From a bacterium (GTDB lineage: Bacteria > Patescibacteriota > Minisyncoccia > Phycocordibacterales > UBA918): a stretch of DNA of 64,000 bases. The notes under the pieces were generated by a model, which saw nothing but the letters and a program-made list of their open reading frames with translations, did no database searches and was not told the DNA's origin. The position numbers and the translations under genes are program-made. Below, piece after piece: positions 8,439 to 17,560 of this stretch (its first letter is position 1; every line of letters begins with the position of its first letter). The stretch spans positions 13,435 to 77,434 of the forward strand of contig PAMC01000016.1 in assembly GCA_002710785.1 (NCBI GenBank). The letters are read 5' to 3'.

Positions 8439-10475
8439 CTACGTGGACTTATTGTTCTTGGCGTTTGCCTCTTCGAGGTACTTAATCTCGTCGCGAATAA
8501 TAGCAGCTGTTTCAAAATCCAGAATCGCAACCGCATCTTCCATTTGTCGCCGCTTCTCTTTAAGAACTTTCTTTGGGTTCCGTTTGAAGAGTTCCATGTC
8601 GACCTTAAGTAGTGTGTCGACAGTCTCGTCGTGTTCAGTGCGAAGCTGGTCAGCAATCGACTTAATTTCTTTCTTAATGGTTTGCGGGGTAATACCGTGC
8701 ACCTCGTTATACTTAAGCTGCTTTTCGCGTCGCCGTCGCGTCTCACCGACTGCCGATTGCAGTGAGTCAGTCATCTCATCGGCATAGAGCACAACCCGGC
8801 CATTAACGTTACGTGCGGCGCGGCCAATAGTCTGAATAAGTGCGGTTTCACTACGCAAAAAACCTTCTTTGTCGGCATCTAATATGGCAACCAGCTCTAC
8901 CTCGGGCAGGTCGAGTCCTTCGCGCAGGAGGTTTACACCAACCAAGCAATCAAACTCACCTTTGCGAAAATCAGTCAGAATCTCAATGCGCTCAATGGTG
9001 TCGACGTCGCTGTGAATGTACTTACTCTTGATATTACGCTCATCCAAAAACACAGCCAGGTCCTCAGCCATACGTTTGGTCAGGGTGGTGACGAGAACTC
9101 TTGCGCCGCCCTTGATGGTAGCAACCGCATCATCAATAAAGTCTTTAACTTGACCGGGGTACTCGCCTTTCTCGACCACTGGCCTAAGGACAATCTCGGG
9201 GTCAACAAGGCCGGTCGGGCGAATGATTTGCTCCACGACTGGCGCTCCTTCCTCAGCTTTCGTAAGCTCGTACTTGCCCGGAGTGGCAGTCGTGTAAATA
9301 CGCTGCCCAAGTCGCTCTTCGATTTCGGCAAACTTCAGTGGTCGGTTATCGACTGCGCTCGGCAAACGAAAGCCGTGCTCAACGAGTGTCTCTTTACGTG
9401 AGCGGTCGCCGGCATACATGCCGTTAAGCTGCGGGATGGTGACGTGTGACTCGTCGATAATTGTTAAAAAATCAGCTGAGCCGTCTTCCTTATGTGGGAA
9501 GTACGACAGGAGTGTGTATGGCGCTTCCCCTGGCTTACGGCGGTCGAAGTGGCGCGAGTAGTTTTCGATACCGTTGCAATAGCCCATTTCGCGAATCAGG
9601 GCCATGTCGTGTTGGGTGCGACGCTTAAGACGCTCGGCTTCTAGTATCTTCCCTTCTTTCTTAAACTTCTTTAGTTGCTCTTCGAGCTCTAGCCCAATAT
9701 CCTCGAGCGCCACCTTAATCTCATCTTCGGGCGTTACAAAGTGTTTAGCTGGGAATAAGAAAAAGACCTCCGGTTCGTCAATAATCTGCCTTGAGACAGC
9801 GTCAATTTTGGTAATGCTACCAATGGTGGCTCCAGAGAAGCTAAGACGGTACAGGACCCGTTCGTTGGTGGGCATAATCTCGACGGTATTACCAACCGCC
9901 CGGAAGGTGCCGGGCGTAAGGTCGGCGTTAGTCCGCTCAAAATAGAGGTCAATGAGCGTACGTAGCATATCGGTACGTGTTGTTGTGTAGCCGCGCTCGA
10001 TCTTGAGGTGTTTTTTGAGGTACTGCTCAGGAGAACCTAAGCCGTAAATACACGACACAGAGGCGACAATAATCACGTCCTCCCGGGTTAAGAGCGCTTG
10101 GGTGCTGGCGTGGCGCAAGCGGTCGATCTCTTCGTTAATCTGGGCCTCTTTTTCGATGTAGGTGTCGCTCGTGGGTACGTACGCCTCGGGTTGGTAGTAG
10201 TCGTAGTAGGAGACGAAGTAGTGCACCGCGTTATTGGGAAAAAAGTCACGGTACTCCTGCGCCAGCTGCGCAGCTAGGGTTTTGTTGTGGGCAATCACTA
10301 AGGTTGGCTTTTGCACCGACTTAATAACATTGGCCGCCGTAAAGGTTTTACCACTACCGGTCACACCCAATAAAGTTTGGTGCTGCTCGCCCTTCTCAAG
10401 ACCCTTAAGGAGAGAGGCAATCGCCTCTGGCTGGTCACCGGCTGGAGTTTTGTCTGTACTTAGTTTAAATTTCAC
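8439..10475 (-). CDS. uvrB: excinuclease ABC subunit B
   Basis: Helicase motifs LLGVTGSGKTFT and YFVSYYDYYQPEAYVP; C-terminal UVR helix; start set to GTG giving VKFKLSTDKTPAGDQPEAIASL (canonical UvrB N-terminus); the ORF-track ATG at 10532 adds 19 AT-rich codons. Confidence 0.95.
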   Translation of the reverse strand: MKFKLSTDKTPAGDQPEAIASLLKGLEKGEQHQTLLGVTGSGKTFTAANVIKSVQKPTLVIAHNKTLAAQLAQEYRDFFPNNAVHYFVSYYDYYQPEAYVPTSDTYIEKEAQINEEIDRLRHASTQALLTREDVIIVASVSCIYGLGSPEQYLKKHLKIERGYTTTRTDMLRTLIDLYFERTNADLTPGTFRAVGNTVEIMPTNERVLYRLSFSGATIGSITKIDAVSRQIIDEPEVFFLFPAKHFVTPEDEIKVALEDIGLELEEQLKKFKKEGKILEAERLKRRTQHDMALIREMGYCNGIENYSRHFDRRKPGEAPYTLLSYFPHKEDGSADFLTIIDESHVTIPQLNGMYAGDRSRKETLVEHGFRLPSAVDNRPLKFAEIEERLGQRIYTTATPGKYELTKAEEGAPVVEQIIRPTGLVDPEIVLRPVVEKGEYPGQVKDFIDDAVATIKGGARVLVTTLTKRMAEDLAVFLDERNIKSKYIHSDVDTIERIEILTDFRKGEFDCLVGVNLLREGLDLPEVELVAILDADKEGFLRSETALIQTIGRAARNVNGRVVLYADEMTDSLQSAVGETRRRREKQLKYNEVHGITPQTIKKEIKSIADQLRTEHDETVDTLLKVDMELFKRNPKKVLKEKRRQMEDAVAILDFETAAIIRDEIKYLEEANAKNNKST

Positions 10476-10481
10476 CAGATA

Positions 10482-10487
10482 AATATA
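10482..10487 (-). promoter_or_regulatory. -10-like TATATT hexamer 6 nt upstream of the uvrB GTG start (possible leaderless mRNA)
   Basis: Minus strand reads cgtTATATTtatctgGTGaaattt; no purine-rich SD fits between hexamer and start. Confidence 0.25.
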
Positions 10488-10745
10488 ACGTGATTGATTC
10501 AAATAAAAAAGCAGCAGACCATTACAGCCCACCGCCGAAAATCCACCATCCGTAGGTCGATATCACACATACTGGCAACAATAGAAGTGCGCCGAACAAC
10601 CGCAGGCGCTTTTGATCGCGGCTATCCGGTATGACAGCTCGTTTTGCCAACCACAGGCAGAAGATTCCTGCTGCAGCACACGCTAGTGCAAAGATAATAT
10701 GAATATAAATATGAATACTTGCAGCATTGCCGCATCCTCCAAGAT

Positions 10746-11960
10746 CTAACTGTTTAAGATCAAGTTACGCACTTTTTTCGTATAGTCGACTATCGTCCAA
10801 AGGTTATGCAAGCTAGCCAGGTGGGGGCCGAGCATTTCTTTGGCTTTAAAAAGGTGGGCCAGGTAGGCTTTGGTGTAGGTGTAGCCAATTGGGCTCTCGC
10901 TGTTGTCGAGCGAAGTGAAGTCACGTTGGTACTGGCTGTTGATGAGATTCAGTTTGGTGAACTTTGGTAAACCAAATTCGTCGACTTCTCCAGTGTTGTG
11001 GTAAATCGTACCGGTACGCGCCAAGCGCGTTGGTGCCACACAATCGAAGGTGTCGCAGCCATTAAGTACGCCGTGCAAAATATCTTCGGGTTCGCCGATG
11101 CCGAGTAAGTGGCGGGGTTTATTCTCTGGCAAAATCTCATTCACAACCTTAAGAGACTCGCCTAAGTCCTCCTTACTAAAGCTGCCGCCGATACCAAAAC
11201 CATCGAAGTCCATGGCAGCGAGCGTTTTGGCGCTCTCCTGGCGCAGATCAAGGTGGCGACCACCCTGCACAACACCGTAAATACCTTGCGTCTTAAGCGC
11301 TTCATAGTTTTGCTTATGCGCTAAGATGCTGCGTTTGGCCCAACGGTGGGTGCGGTGCATGGCTTCGATCTGGTACTCCTTCTCGGCGGTGGGGCTGGTA
11401 CATTCATCAAACGCAATAATTATGTCGGCGCCAATGTTATGTTGGATCTCAATTGAGCGCTCAGGAGTAAAGCGGTGCATCGAGCCATCAATGTGTGAGG
11501 TAAACGTTACTCCTTCCTCGTCGATAACACATAGTTTCCCGTGCTGAGTCGCAAGCTCTTTGCTGTAGACGTTGAGGCCAGCGTTTTCGTCTGAGCTCTC
11601 TCCTTTAGCAAACTTAGTAACCCCCTTACCAAAGGCTGCGCCAAGGCTAAAGACCTGAAAGCCGCCGCTATCGGTCATGGTGGGTTTATCCCAACGCATC
11701 ATGTGGTTGAGGCCGCCCATCTCTTTTACGAGCTGATCGCCTGGCTGCAAAAACAGGTGGTACGTGTTGGCGAGCGCCACTTGGTTGCCCACGTAGCGCT
11801 CCATATCCTCAGGCTTAACGCTCTTAACGGTACCTTTCGTACCCACCACCACGAAAGCCGGTGTCTCGATGTTGCCGTGGGGGGTAGAAATAACACCAGC
11901 CCGGCCTAATGTTCCTGATTTATTTTGTTCAACTTTAAAACTTACTGGAGCATTACTCAT
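10746..11960 (-). CDS. tgt: tRNA-guanine transglycosylase (queuine tRNA-ribosyltransferase) lacking the canonical Zn-binding Cys triad
   Basis: TGT core TDSGGFQVFSL (catalytic Asp) and GCDTFDCVAPTRLARTG (DMFDCV-type motif); where bacterial Tgt has C-x-C-x2-C before YSRAYLHHL this protein has SPIGYTYTKAYLAHL; a later His is retained (SLHNL); start set to MSNAPVSFKV at 11960. Confidence 0.9.
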   Translation of the reverse strand: MSNAPVSFKVEQNKSGTLGRAGVISTPHGNIETPAFVVVGTKGTVKSVKPEDMERYVGNQVALANTYHLFLQPGDQLVKEMGGLNHMMRWDKPTMTDSGGFQVFSLGAAFGKGVTKFAKGESSDENAGLNVYSKELATQHGKLCVIDEEGVTFTSHIDGSMHRFTPERSIEIQHNIGADIIIAFDECTSPTAEKEYQIEAMHRTHRWAKRSILAHKQNYEALKTQGIYGVVQGGRHLDLRQESAKTLAAMDFDGFGIGGSFSKEDLGESLKVVNEILPENKPRHLLGIGEPEDILHGVLNGCDTFDCVAPTRLARTGTIYHNTGEVDEFGLPKFTKLNLINSQYQRDFTSLDNSESPIGYTYTKAYLAHLFKAKEMLGPHLASLHNLWTIVDYTKKVRNLILNS

Positions 11961-12017
11961 GGTGAGTGATTGGAGAAATTGTATAGGATGCAAGGTAAAC
12001 AAGGATTTCTAAATGAG

Positions 12018-12034
12018 CCGTATTAGTTATACGG
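12018..12034 (-). terminator. 6-bp stem / 5-nt loop hairpin (CCGTAT-aacta-ATACGG) downstream of the FKBP gene
   Basis: Perfect inverted repeat 43 nt after the FKBP stop; the following U-tract is weak (CUCAUUUAG), so confidence is low. Confidence 0.25.
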
Positions 12035-12076
12035 CGAATACAGAAATACGTAGTTCAATGAAGTAGATGATGCGAT

Positions 12077-12601
12077 TTATTCAATCGCTAGTAGTTCGAT
12101 TGCAAAGACAAGCGTGCTGTTTGCCGGAATCGGACCACCGCCGGCACTGCCGTAGCCTAGCTCAGGCGGGATAACCAGCACACGCTGGCCGCCGACCTGC
12201 ATACCAATCAGGCCCTGATCCCAGCCTTCGATAACACGCCCTTTGCCAACTTCGACGGTAAACGGCGTGCCGCGGAGGTACGAGTTGTCAAACGGAGTAC
12301 CATCAGTGAGAGTGCCAATGTAGTGTACGGTCACCGTATCACCCTCTGCGACCAATTCACCAGTGCCAATAACCACATCGTCAATAACCAGTCGCTCAAC
12401 ACCGCCATCACCAACACCTGCCTCAAGGAGTGCCTCAGTCAAGGCGTCGCGATCAGAACCAGCTACCACGGCGGTGCTGGCTTCGCTACCTAGGCCGCTA
12501 ATCGCTTGGTTTGTAGCGTCTAGATTGACGAGCCACAGTACAATTGCCATCAGCGCTACGCTGCTGGCAATTCCTACGGTTTCAAAGGTTGATAGTTTCA
12601 T
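12077..12601 (-). CDS. FKBP-type peptidyl-prolyl cis-trans isomerase, membrane-anchored
   Basis: FKBP domain VTVHYIGTLTDGTPFDNSY...FTVEVGKGRVIEGWDQGLIGMQVGGQRVLVIPPELGYG; N-terminal TM MKLSTFETVGIASSVALMAIVLWLV; start set to ATG at 12601, the ORF-track start at 12700 adds 33 codons. Confidence 0.85.
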   Translation of the reverse strand: MKLSTFETVGIASSVALMAIVLWLVNLDATNQAISGLGSEASTAVVAGSDRDALTEALLEAGVGDGGVERLVIDDVVIGTGELVAEGDTVTVHYIGTLTDGTPFDNSYLRGTPFTVEVGKGRVIEGWDQGLIGMQVGGQRVLVIPPELGYGSAGGGPIPANSTLVFAIELLAIE

Positions 12602-12647
12602 ATCTGGATTTTCTTTTTGTGCTGGACATACTAAACAAAATATGGCG

Positions 12648-13673
12648 CTATTGCAAGGGTACGAACCCTGCCTCAATGTTTGCTTGCAGTGCGGTATCAC
12701 TTACCTCAGCTAAGAGTTGTAGCTGTCGCTCGCGCTGCTCACCAGAGAGCAGCTGAGGTTGGTGTGGGGAGGCTACACTCGTAATTGGATATAGGGCTAC
12801 CCCGTAAGCTTTCCCTTGCCTGCCAAAACCAACCATAAGGCCACGTTGTACCTCCTCGCTAAAATATTGATCGAAGACCGTGTTGCCTAGCGAGTAAAAT
12901 ACTAGGGTGTCGTCAACCCGCTCGATTGGTTGAACGACGTGCGGGTGATGCCCAATTACTACGTCGACTCCCGTTTTGGCAAAAACACTAACTAATTGCT
13001 GTTGGATCGCGTCAGGTAGAAGCTCATACTCGGTGCCCCAGTGAATATTGACGATGCTATAGTCGGCCGTGGAAACTGCGTTAGTGAGAACAGCTTGCAG
13101 AACATCAAGATCAGCACTAACACCTACGGTATTTAAGCTGATGATAGCTACTGTCTCATTACCCAGAGAGACGTACTCGGTAGCGGTTTTATCGACCTGT
13201 TGTGGGTGCCCCAACGGGGTGATTCCGGCCCCTTCTAACGCTTGCTGCGTATGGGCAAAACCCTCTAAACCAAAGTCATAACTATGATTGTTCGCAATCG
13301 AAGCGTAGGTAACGTTGTAAGAAGCAATAGTAGGTAAAGCACTGGTGGCAACAGAAAACTGAAATTGGTAGTCAGGCGTCGGTACGTGTCGTTTAGGAAT
13401 GGCTGATTCAAAATTTATTACCACACTCTCATACGAGCTGAACAGCTCTCCAAGATGATCAAACGGATGAGCTTGCGGATTCCGCTGCTGCCAACGCTCC
13501 ACAGCGCGCCCAAAGAACACATCGCCAGTAAACAATAGGTGTTGCTCGGCGGTGTTTGCGCCACTAAATATTCCCCAGGTGGTGTAAAAATCAGGCAACG
13601 AAATAGTTCGCGCTAGTAAAATCGCCGCCAGCAGCCCAAACGTAATCAACCCTAAGCCGAGCACTGCTCGCAT
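12648..13673 (-). CDS. CapA-family (PgsA-like) metallophosphatase
   Basis: Calcineurin-like phosphoesterase motifs (VIGHHPHVVQPIE, GNTVFDQYFS, YDFGLEGFAHT); N-terminal signal/TM MRAVLGLGLITFGLLAAILLA. Confidence 0.75.
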   Translation of the reverse strand: MRAVLGLGLITFGLLAAILLARTISLPDFYTTWGIFSGANTAEQHLLFTGDVFFGRAVERWQQRNPQAHPFDHLGELFSSYESVVINFESAIPKRHVPTPDYQFQFSVATSALPTIASYNVTYASIANNHSYDFGLEGFAHTQQALEGAGITPLGHPQQVDKTATEYVSLGNETVAIISLNTVGVSADLDVLQAVLTNAVSTADYSIVNIHWGTEYELLPDAIQQQLVSVFAKTGVDVVIGHHPHVVQPIERVDDTLVFYSLGNTVFDQYFSEEVQRGLMVGFGRQGKAYGVALYPITSVASPHQPQLLSGEQRERQLQLLAEVSDTALQANIEAGFVPLQ

Positions 13674-13676
13674 AGT

Positions 13677-14075
13677 TTAACCGGAGTAGAAGATACCCAT
13701 CTTGAGGTACCACATAGCCGTCATCACAAACACAAATGAGAGCGAGAGTGCAACTACCGTCATAGTCATAACTGAACTGGTGGCGACACGATTGCTCCGC
13801 TGGCGCTCCTCGGGTGGCTTAATGTCTACCTCTATCCCCAGTAGCGCAGAAATTGTTTCTGGCTGGAGACGTTCGTCGGAGTGAAAGACTTTATGAAGCG
13901 AATCGACGTGTGTTTCGTGCGTAGCTGGGTCTTCACGCAGCACCATAAGCGCAGTATCGATATCGTCCTCGTGCCACTTGGCACTAAATAAAACCTCTTT
14001 GATCTGCTCGTCGGGTGCTGTTGGGTGGACCCCATTCGCGCGCAAGTATCGTTCTACGACATCTTTTTTGATCAT
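13677..14075 (-). CDS. hypothetical protein with C-terminal TM helix
   Basis: 132 aa; ATGA start/stop overlap with the upstream AI-2E gene at 14072-14075 suggests translational coupling; C-terminal TVVALSLSFVFVMTAMWYL is hydrophobic. Confidence 0.5.
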   Translation of the reverse strand: MIKKDVVERYLRANGVHPTAPDEQIKEVLFSAKWHEDDIDTALMVLREDPATHETHVDSLHKVFHSDERLQPETISALLGIEVDIKPPEERQRSNRVATSSVMTMTVVALSLSFVFVMTAMWYLKMGIFYSG

Positions 14076-15127
14076 ACGGTTACTGTTTCGTCATCGGAGG
14101 GAGAGGTGTCTTCTGCGATGTGAGTCGCGTACAGTTCGAGAAGTACCAAAAAGAGACTGACTGCAACTGGACCAACCACAAAACCAATTGGCCCAAATAG
14201 TGATACGCCCCCGAGTACCGCTAAGAGCACTAGGTACGGGTGTAAGTTGTTGCCGCGACCAATGAGGTATGGGCCGAGCAAGTTGTCGATCACTCCCACT
14301 GCTGTCATACCCCAAACTGAAAGCCCAACAGCAAAGAGGTACTGTCCAGTAATAATGAGGTACACAACTGCCGGAATGAGCACAATTGAGGTGCCGACAC
14401 TTGGAATCAGCGCACCAAAGGCCGCAATTACTCCCCACAATACAAATCGCTCAAAGCCAAAGAGCCAGAGCCCGAAGGCAGTTAAGCTACCTTGAATGAG
14501 CGCAATAAGCACGGTGCCGGTGGCAACGGAGCGAACCGCCCTTCCGAGACGACGGAGAATAAGCTCGTCTTCGTCGTCGGGTAAGGGGCTGATTTTAACG
14601 AGTCTGCGGGTAAAGGCTGGCCCGTCACGAAATAGGTAAAACGTACCGATAATGGCGATGAAGATCGAGAAGATGGTTGAGGCGGTACCGGCAAAGATAG
14701 CACCAACATTGCTGGTGATCCACGATGTCGCCTGTTTAACCGAATCGACTAAATTGAAGTCGAAACCTGGTGCGTACTCGTACACCATCGACTCTATACC
14801 AGCAATACGCTGCTCGAGCTCTGCACCGTTGGTGTTGACCTGGTTGTAGACAGCCAACGCCTCATTAACCAACGTCGAGAACAGCGCCGTGAGCGGCATA
14901 ATAATTATGACGAGCACCATAATAGTAGTGACCAGAGCCCCGAGCGTTTCGTTTTGCCTTGGCATCCGGCGCGTAATCCGCTCATACAGCGGGTAACAGA
15001 TTGTGACAATAATGGCGGCCAGTGCCAGCGCGGAGACAAATGGCGAAAGCATCACCCATACGATGTAGCCAACGACTGCCATTAAGCCAAAGAAAAACAC
15101 GTACTCTACGATACGATTAGTCATCAT
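14072..15127 (-). CDS. AI-2E family transporter (PerM/YhhT-like)
   Basis: About 350 aa polytopic membrane protein with the AI-2E topology and Gly/Pro-rich TM7-8 (LIPAVVYLIITGQ...PYLIGRG); start set to MMTNRIVEYVFFF at about 15127. Confidence 0.8.
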   Translation of the reverse strand: MMTNRIVEYVFFFGLMAVVGYIVWVMLSPFVSALALAAIIVTICYPLYERITRRMPRQNETLGALVTTIMVLVIIIMPLTALFSTLVNEALAVYNQVNTNGAELEQRIAGIESMVYEYAPGFDFNLVDSVKQATSWITSNVGAIFAGTASTIFSIFIAIIGTFYLFRDGPAFTRRLVKISPLPDDEDELILRRLGRAVRSVATGTVLIALIQGSLTAFGLWLFGFERFVLWGVIAAFGALIPSVGTSIVLIPAVVYLIITGQYLFAVGLSVWGMTAVGVIDNLLGPYLIGRGNNLHPYLVLLAVLGGVSLFGPIGFVVGPVAVSLFLVLLELYATHIAEDTSPSDDETVTV

Positions 15128-15205
15128 ATCCTTTATAGTAGCATCAAATGCCAAGCGGTGCGTGACGTGTCGCTGCTGCGAATGGGGGCAGCGCAACGGG
15201 CCCTA

Positions 15206-15766
15206 CTAGCCCTCGTTTGCAAGTGCTGCCAGCAGCGCCTTAAGCTCCTCTTCACCGATCGGTCGGCGAATGTGCTCGCGCACCACTCCAGCACTATTCA
15301 TAATGATGGTTTCTGGCATCGTACGACCTTCATAATTTCTATACCAGTAATCTGCCGGATCTTTGAGTACGACTAGGTCACTTTGCAGCAACTCGGGTGT
15401 TACGATCTTGAGATACTGCTGTATCGTGCCTGGATTTTCGCCCCGATTAACGGCAACAAACTGAGTGTCTGATGATGATAAAAGTGCTGCCAATGCGTGT
15501 AACGTTTGTAGTTGCACCGCACAATCTGGGCACCAGCTAGCCCAGCTGGTGACGACAAACCATTCTGCAGTTTGCTCAGTAAAGCGAAATGGTTGCTCAT
15601 TGAGTGTTAGATATGTGTACGAGAAGTGTGCTTCTGCTTCTGCCGAGCGCTCTTCTGCTATTGAATCTGGTCGCTGTTGTTGCAGGATGAATATTGTCAC
15701 CACGCCAATAATGAGGATCGACCCGATTATTAACAACGTTGTTTTTGAATCTCGCTCTATGGTCAT
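15206..15766 (-). CDS. TlpA/ResA-like membrane-anchored thiol-disulfide oxidoreductase (thioredoxin fold, CPDC)
   Basis: WASWCPDCAVQL CxxC motif in a thioredoxin-fold context; N-terminal TM LLIIGSILIIGVVTIFIL; start set to ATG at 15766, the ORF-track start is a TTG 10 codons upstream. Confidence 0.7.
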   Translation of the reverse strand: MTIERDSKTTLLIIGSILIIGVVTIFILQQQRPDSIAEERSAEAEAHFSYTYLTLNEQPFRFTEQTAEWFVVTSWASWCPDCAVQLQTLHALAALLSSSDTQFVAVNRGENPGTIQQYLKIVTPELLQSDLVVLKDPADYWYRNYEGRTMPETIIMNSAGVVREHIRRPIGEEELKALLAALANEG

Positions 15767-15916
15767 ACTTGTGACAGATTTACAACGGCTGTTCAACTTG
15801 CTGTAACTGAGATTGACGCTCCAAGTAGGTAAACGTCACCATACCAACAAGGAGGGTTAGGAAGAATAACGCAAGTAAAATTAGTACTGAACGATCCATA
15901 GAGCAATGGTACCACG

Positions 15917-17560
15917 CTACTCTTCGGCCAGGTACACAACTATGGTCGTGGTGCTCGTAGGAACCGCCGAGAGTAGTGCACCTGGTAGCGCCTCGCTCAG
16001 TGCGATCGCTTCGTCTTGAAGATCAGTTGGAAAGAGAACGACACTGTTGGTGCGAATGGTCGCGTCGGTTGCCAGTGTGGTAATCGGGAACTGATCAATG
16101 AGGGCAGCTGCTCGTTCTCCAGCCAAGCCAGGCTGTGGGCTGGCGTTGATAAAGGTGACTGAGTAACTAGCATCGTGCTGAAGACGATCGGCCGACATGC
16201 CTGGCTGTTGGAAGAAGGCGATCTCTTCAGAGTTATACGTCACTGCTTGAGCATCTAAGCCAATGGTTGCCTGATACGCATGATTGCTGGTTGCGGCCTG
16301 TGAGCGGACAAAGAGCCAGAGTATGAGCAGTAGTACGACTGCGCCAGCCACCGCAACAAGATGCGCGCGGGGTGACATAAGCCGCCAGAGGGCACGAGCC
16401 TCGCGATACAAGAGCGCGCAAACTTCTCGCGCGTGCGAAAACGTGATTTGTATACGCTGCAGCCAATCACTTTTAGTTGGTGTATCAGCTGTAGTTTGTT
16501 TGAGGTCAAGATCTGACGACTGGCGGATTAGTTCGTTTTTTACTTGGGTTGGTTGTGACTCAGAGAGACTCTTTAATGAAGTAACACCCGCCTGACGAAG
16601 CAGCCGACGGATGTACCACCGACTAACAGTGGCAATGAAGAGTATGATGCCGAGGACAATCGCAATAACGGTAAGTAGTGGCTTCACGGGAATAACCCAG
16701 AAGCTTGTCTTGGCTGAAACAAACTGTTTGGCTTCACTACCGTAGGTAAGTGTTGCCGCAGCAGTGTAACGGCCAATATCGAACAAAGAGGGTTCGCGTT
16801 GCCAAGAGAAGTCGTAGGTCCGAATCATGCCTGGGAGCGCGTTACCAAAACTAGTATTGATATTAACCGGGATGGAGCCGCGTTCAGCGCCCCACATGTT
16901 ACGAATAAGAATTTCACCAACTGGCCGAACATGCACGTTACCCGTGTTCTCGAACCGTAGCGCCAGCTCGGTACGCGGTTCGGTACTGTACGAGTTGCTG
17001 GCGGTGAAGCTACGTAAGAGCGCAGACTCGTACACATCGCCAGCGACACGTACAAACAGTAAACTGCTAATAACCTGTGCGGTACTAAAGCCTGAACTGG
17101 TTTGAGCATCAGGCGGCGCAGTGCTGATCTGAAGTGCGGCAAAATGACTACCTGGTGCAGCAACCTCAGGCGCAGTGACGACAAAGGCAACTTGCCGACT
17201 GGTATTTGGTGGGATGGTAATACTTGGCTCCGGTATATCAATCCAGTTGGCGAGCACTACCTCGTCTTCCGGCACTTGACTCTTCGGGATAATATTACTC
17301 TGACCACGCTCACCCACTGACTCAAAATGGGCTGGTTGCGTGTAAATTGTCAGCGGAAAATCATTGGTGTTTATAACTTTTACGCTACTTTGCCAAATTT
17401 CACCTGGCGCCAGTCCGAGCTCAATGAGAGTTGGGGCTACAGTGATACTCACCCCCTCAGCCTGCTGAGCGGAAACTGTGGCCGGCAAACACGCGAAAGT
17501 GTACGCGAGGGTGGCAACTATGAACAGGCGGAGCTGGTTACGTTTTGAGATTAATGTCAT
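15917..17560 (-). CDS. DUF916/DUF3324-like cell-surface protein, C-terminal TM anchor
   Basis: Signal peptide MTLISKRNQLRLFIVATLAYTFACLPATVSA; beta-rich domain VSITVAPTLIELGLAPGEIWQSSVKVINTNDFPLTIYTQP; C-terminal TM LLTVIAIVLGIILFIATV then a Lys/Arg tail and a cytoplasmic extension; start set to Met35 (17560), a 23-nt out-of-frame overlap with the upstream paralog. Confidence 0.55.
   Translation of the reverse strand: MTLISKRNQLRLFIVATLAYTFACLPATVSAQQAEGVSITVAPTLIELGLAPGEIWQSSVKVINTNDFPLTIYTQPAHFESVGERGQSNIIPKSQVPEDEVVLANWIDIPEPSITIPPNTSRQVAFVVTAPEVAAPGSHFAALQISTAPPDAQTSSGFSTAQVISSLLFVRVAGDVYESALLRSFTASNSYSTEPRTELALRFENTGNVHVRPVGEILIRNMWGAERGSIPVNINTSFGNALPGMIRTYDFSWQREPSLFDIGRYTAAATLTYGSEAKQFVSAKTSFWVIPVKPLLTVIAIVLGIILFIATVSRWYIRRLLRQAGVTSLKSLSESQPTQVKNELIRQSSDLDLKQTTADTPTKSDWLQRIQITFSHAREVCALLYREARALWRLMSPRAHLVAVAGAVVLLLILWLFVRSQAATSNHAYQATIGLDAQAVTYNSEEIAFFQQPGMSADRLQHDASYSVTFINASPQPGLAGERAAALIDQFPITTLATDATIRTNSVVLFPTDLQDEAIALSEALPGALLSAVPTSTTTIVVYLAEE

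Noticed and set aside
10533-10745. An open frame on the minus strand in the tgt-uvrB gap would encode a hydrophobic two-helix peptide (...IHIYIHIIFALACAAAGIFCLWLAKRAV...LLLLPVCVISTYGWWIFGGGL).
   Set aside because: The frame has no ATG, GTG or TTG start anywhere after the preceding stop. Without a canonical initiator I do not call it a gene. It could still be checked by ribosome profiling.
15896-15945. Nested stem-loop (CCATAG...CTATGG outer, GTACC...GGTAC inner) overlapping the stop codon of the 15917..17560 gene, possibly the terminator of the surface-locus transcript.
   Set aside because: The stems are interrupted, and the downstream U-tract on the minus transcript is weak (CUAAUUUUACUU). 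It is too ambiguous to call a terminator.
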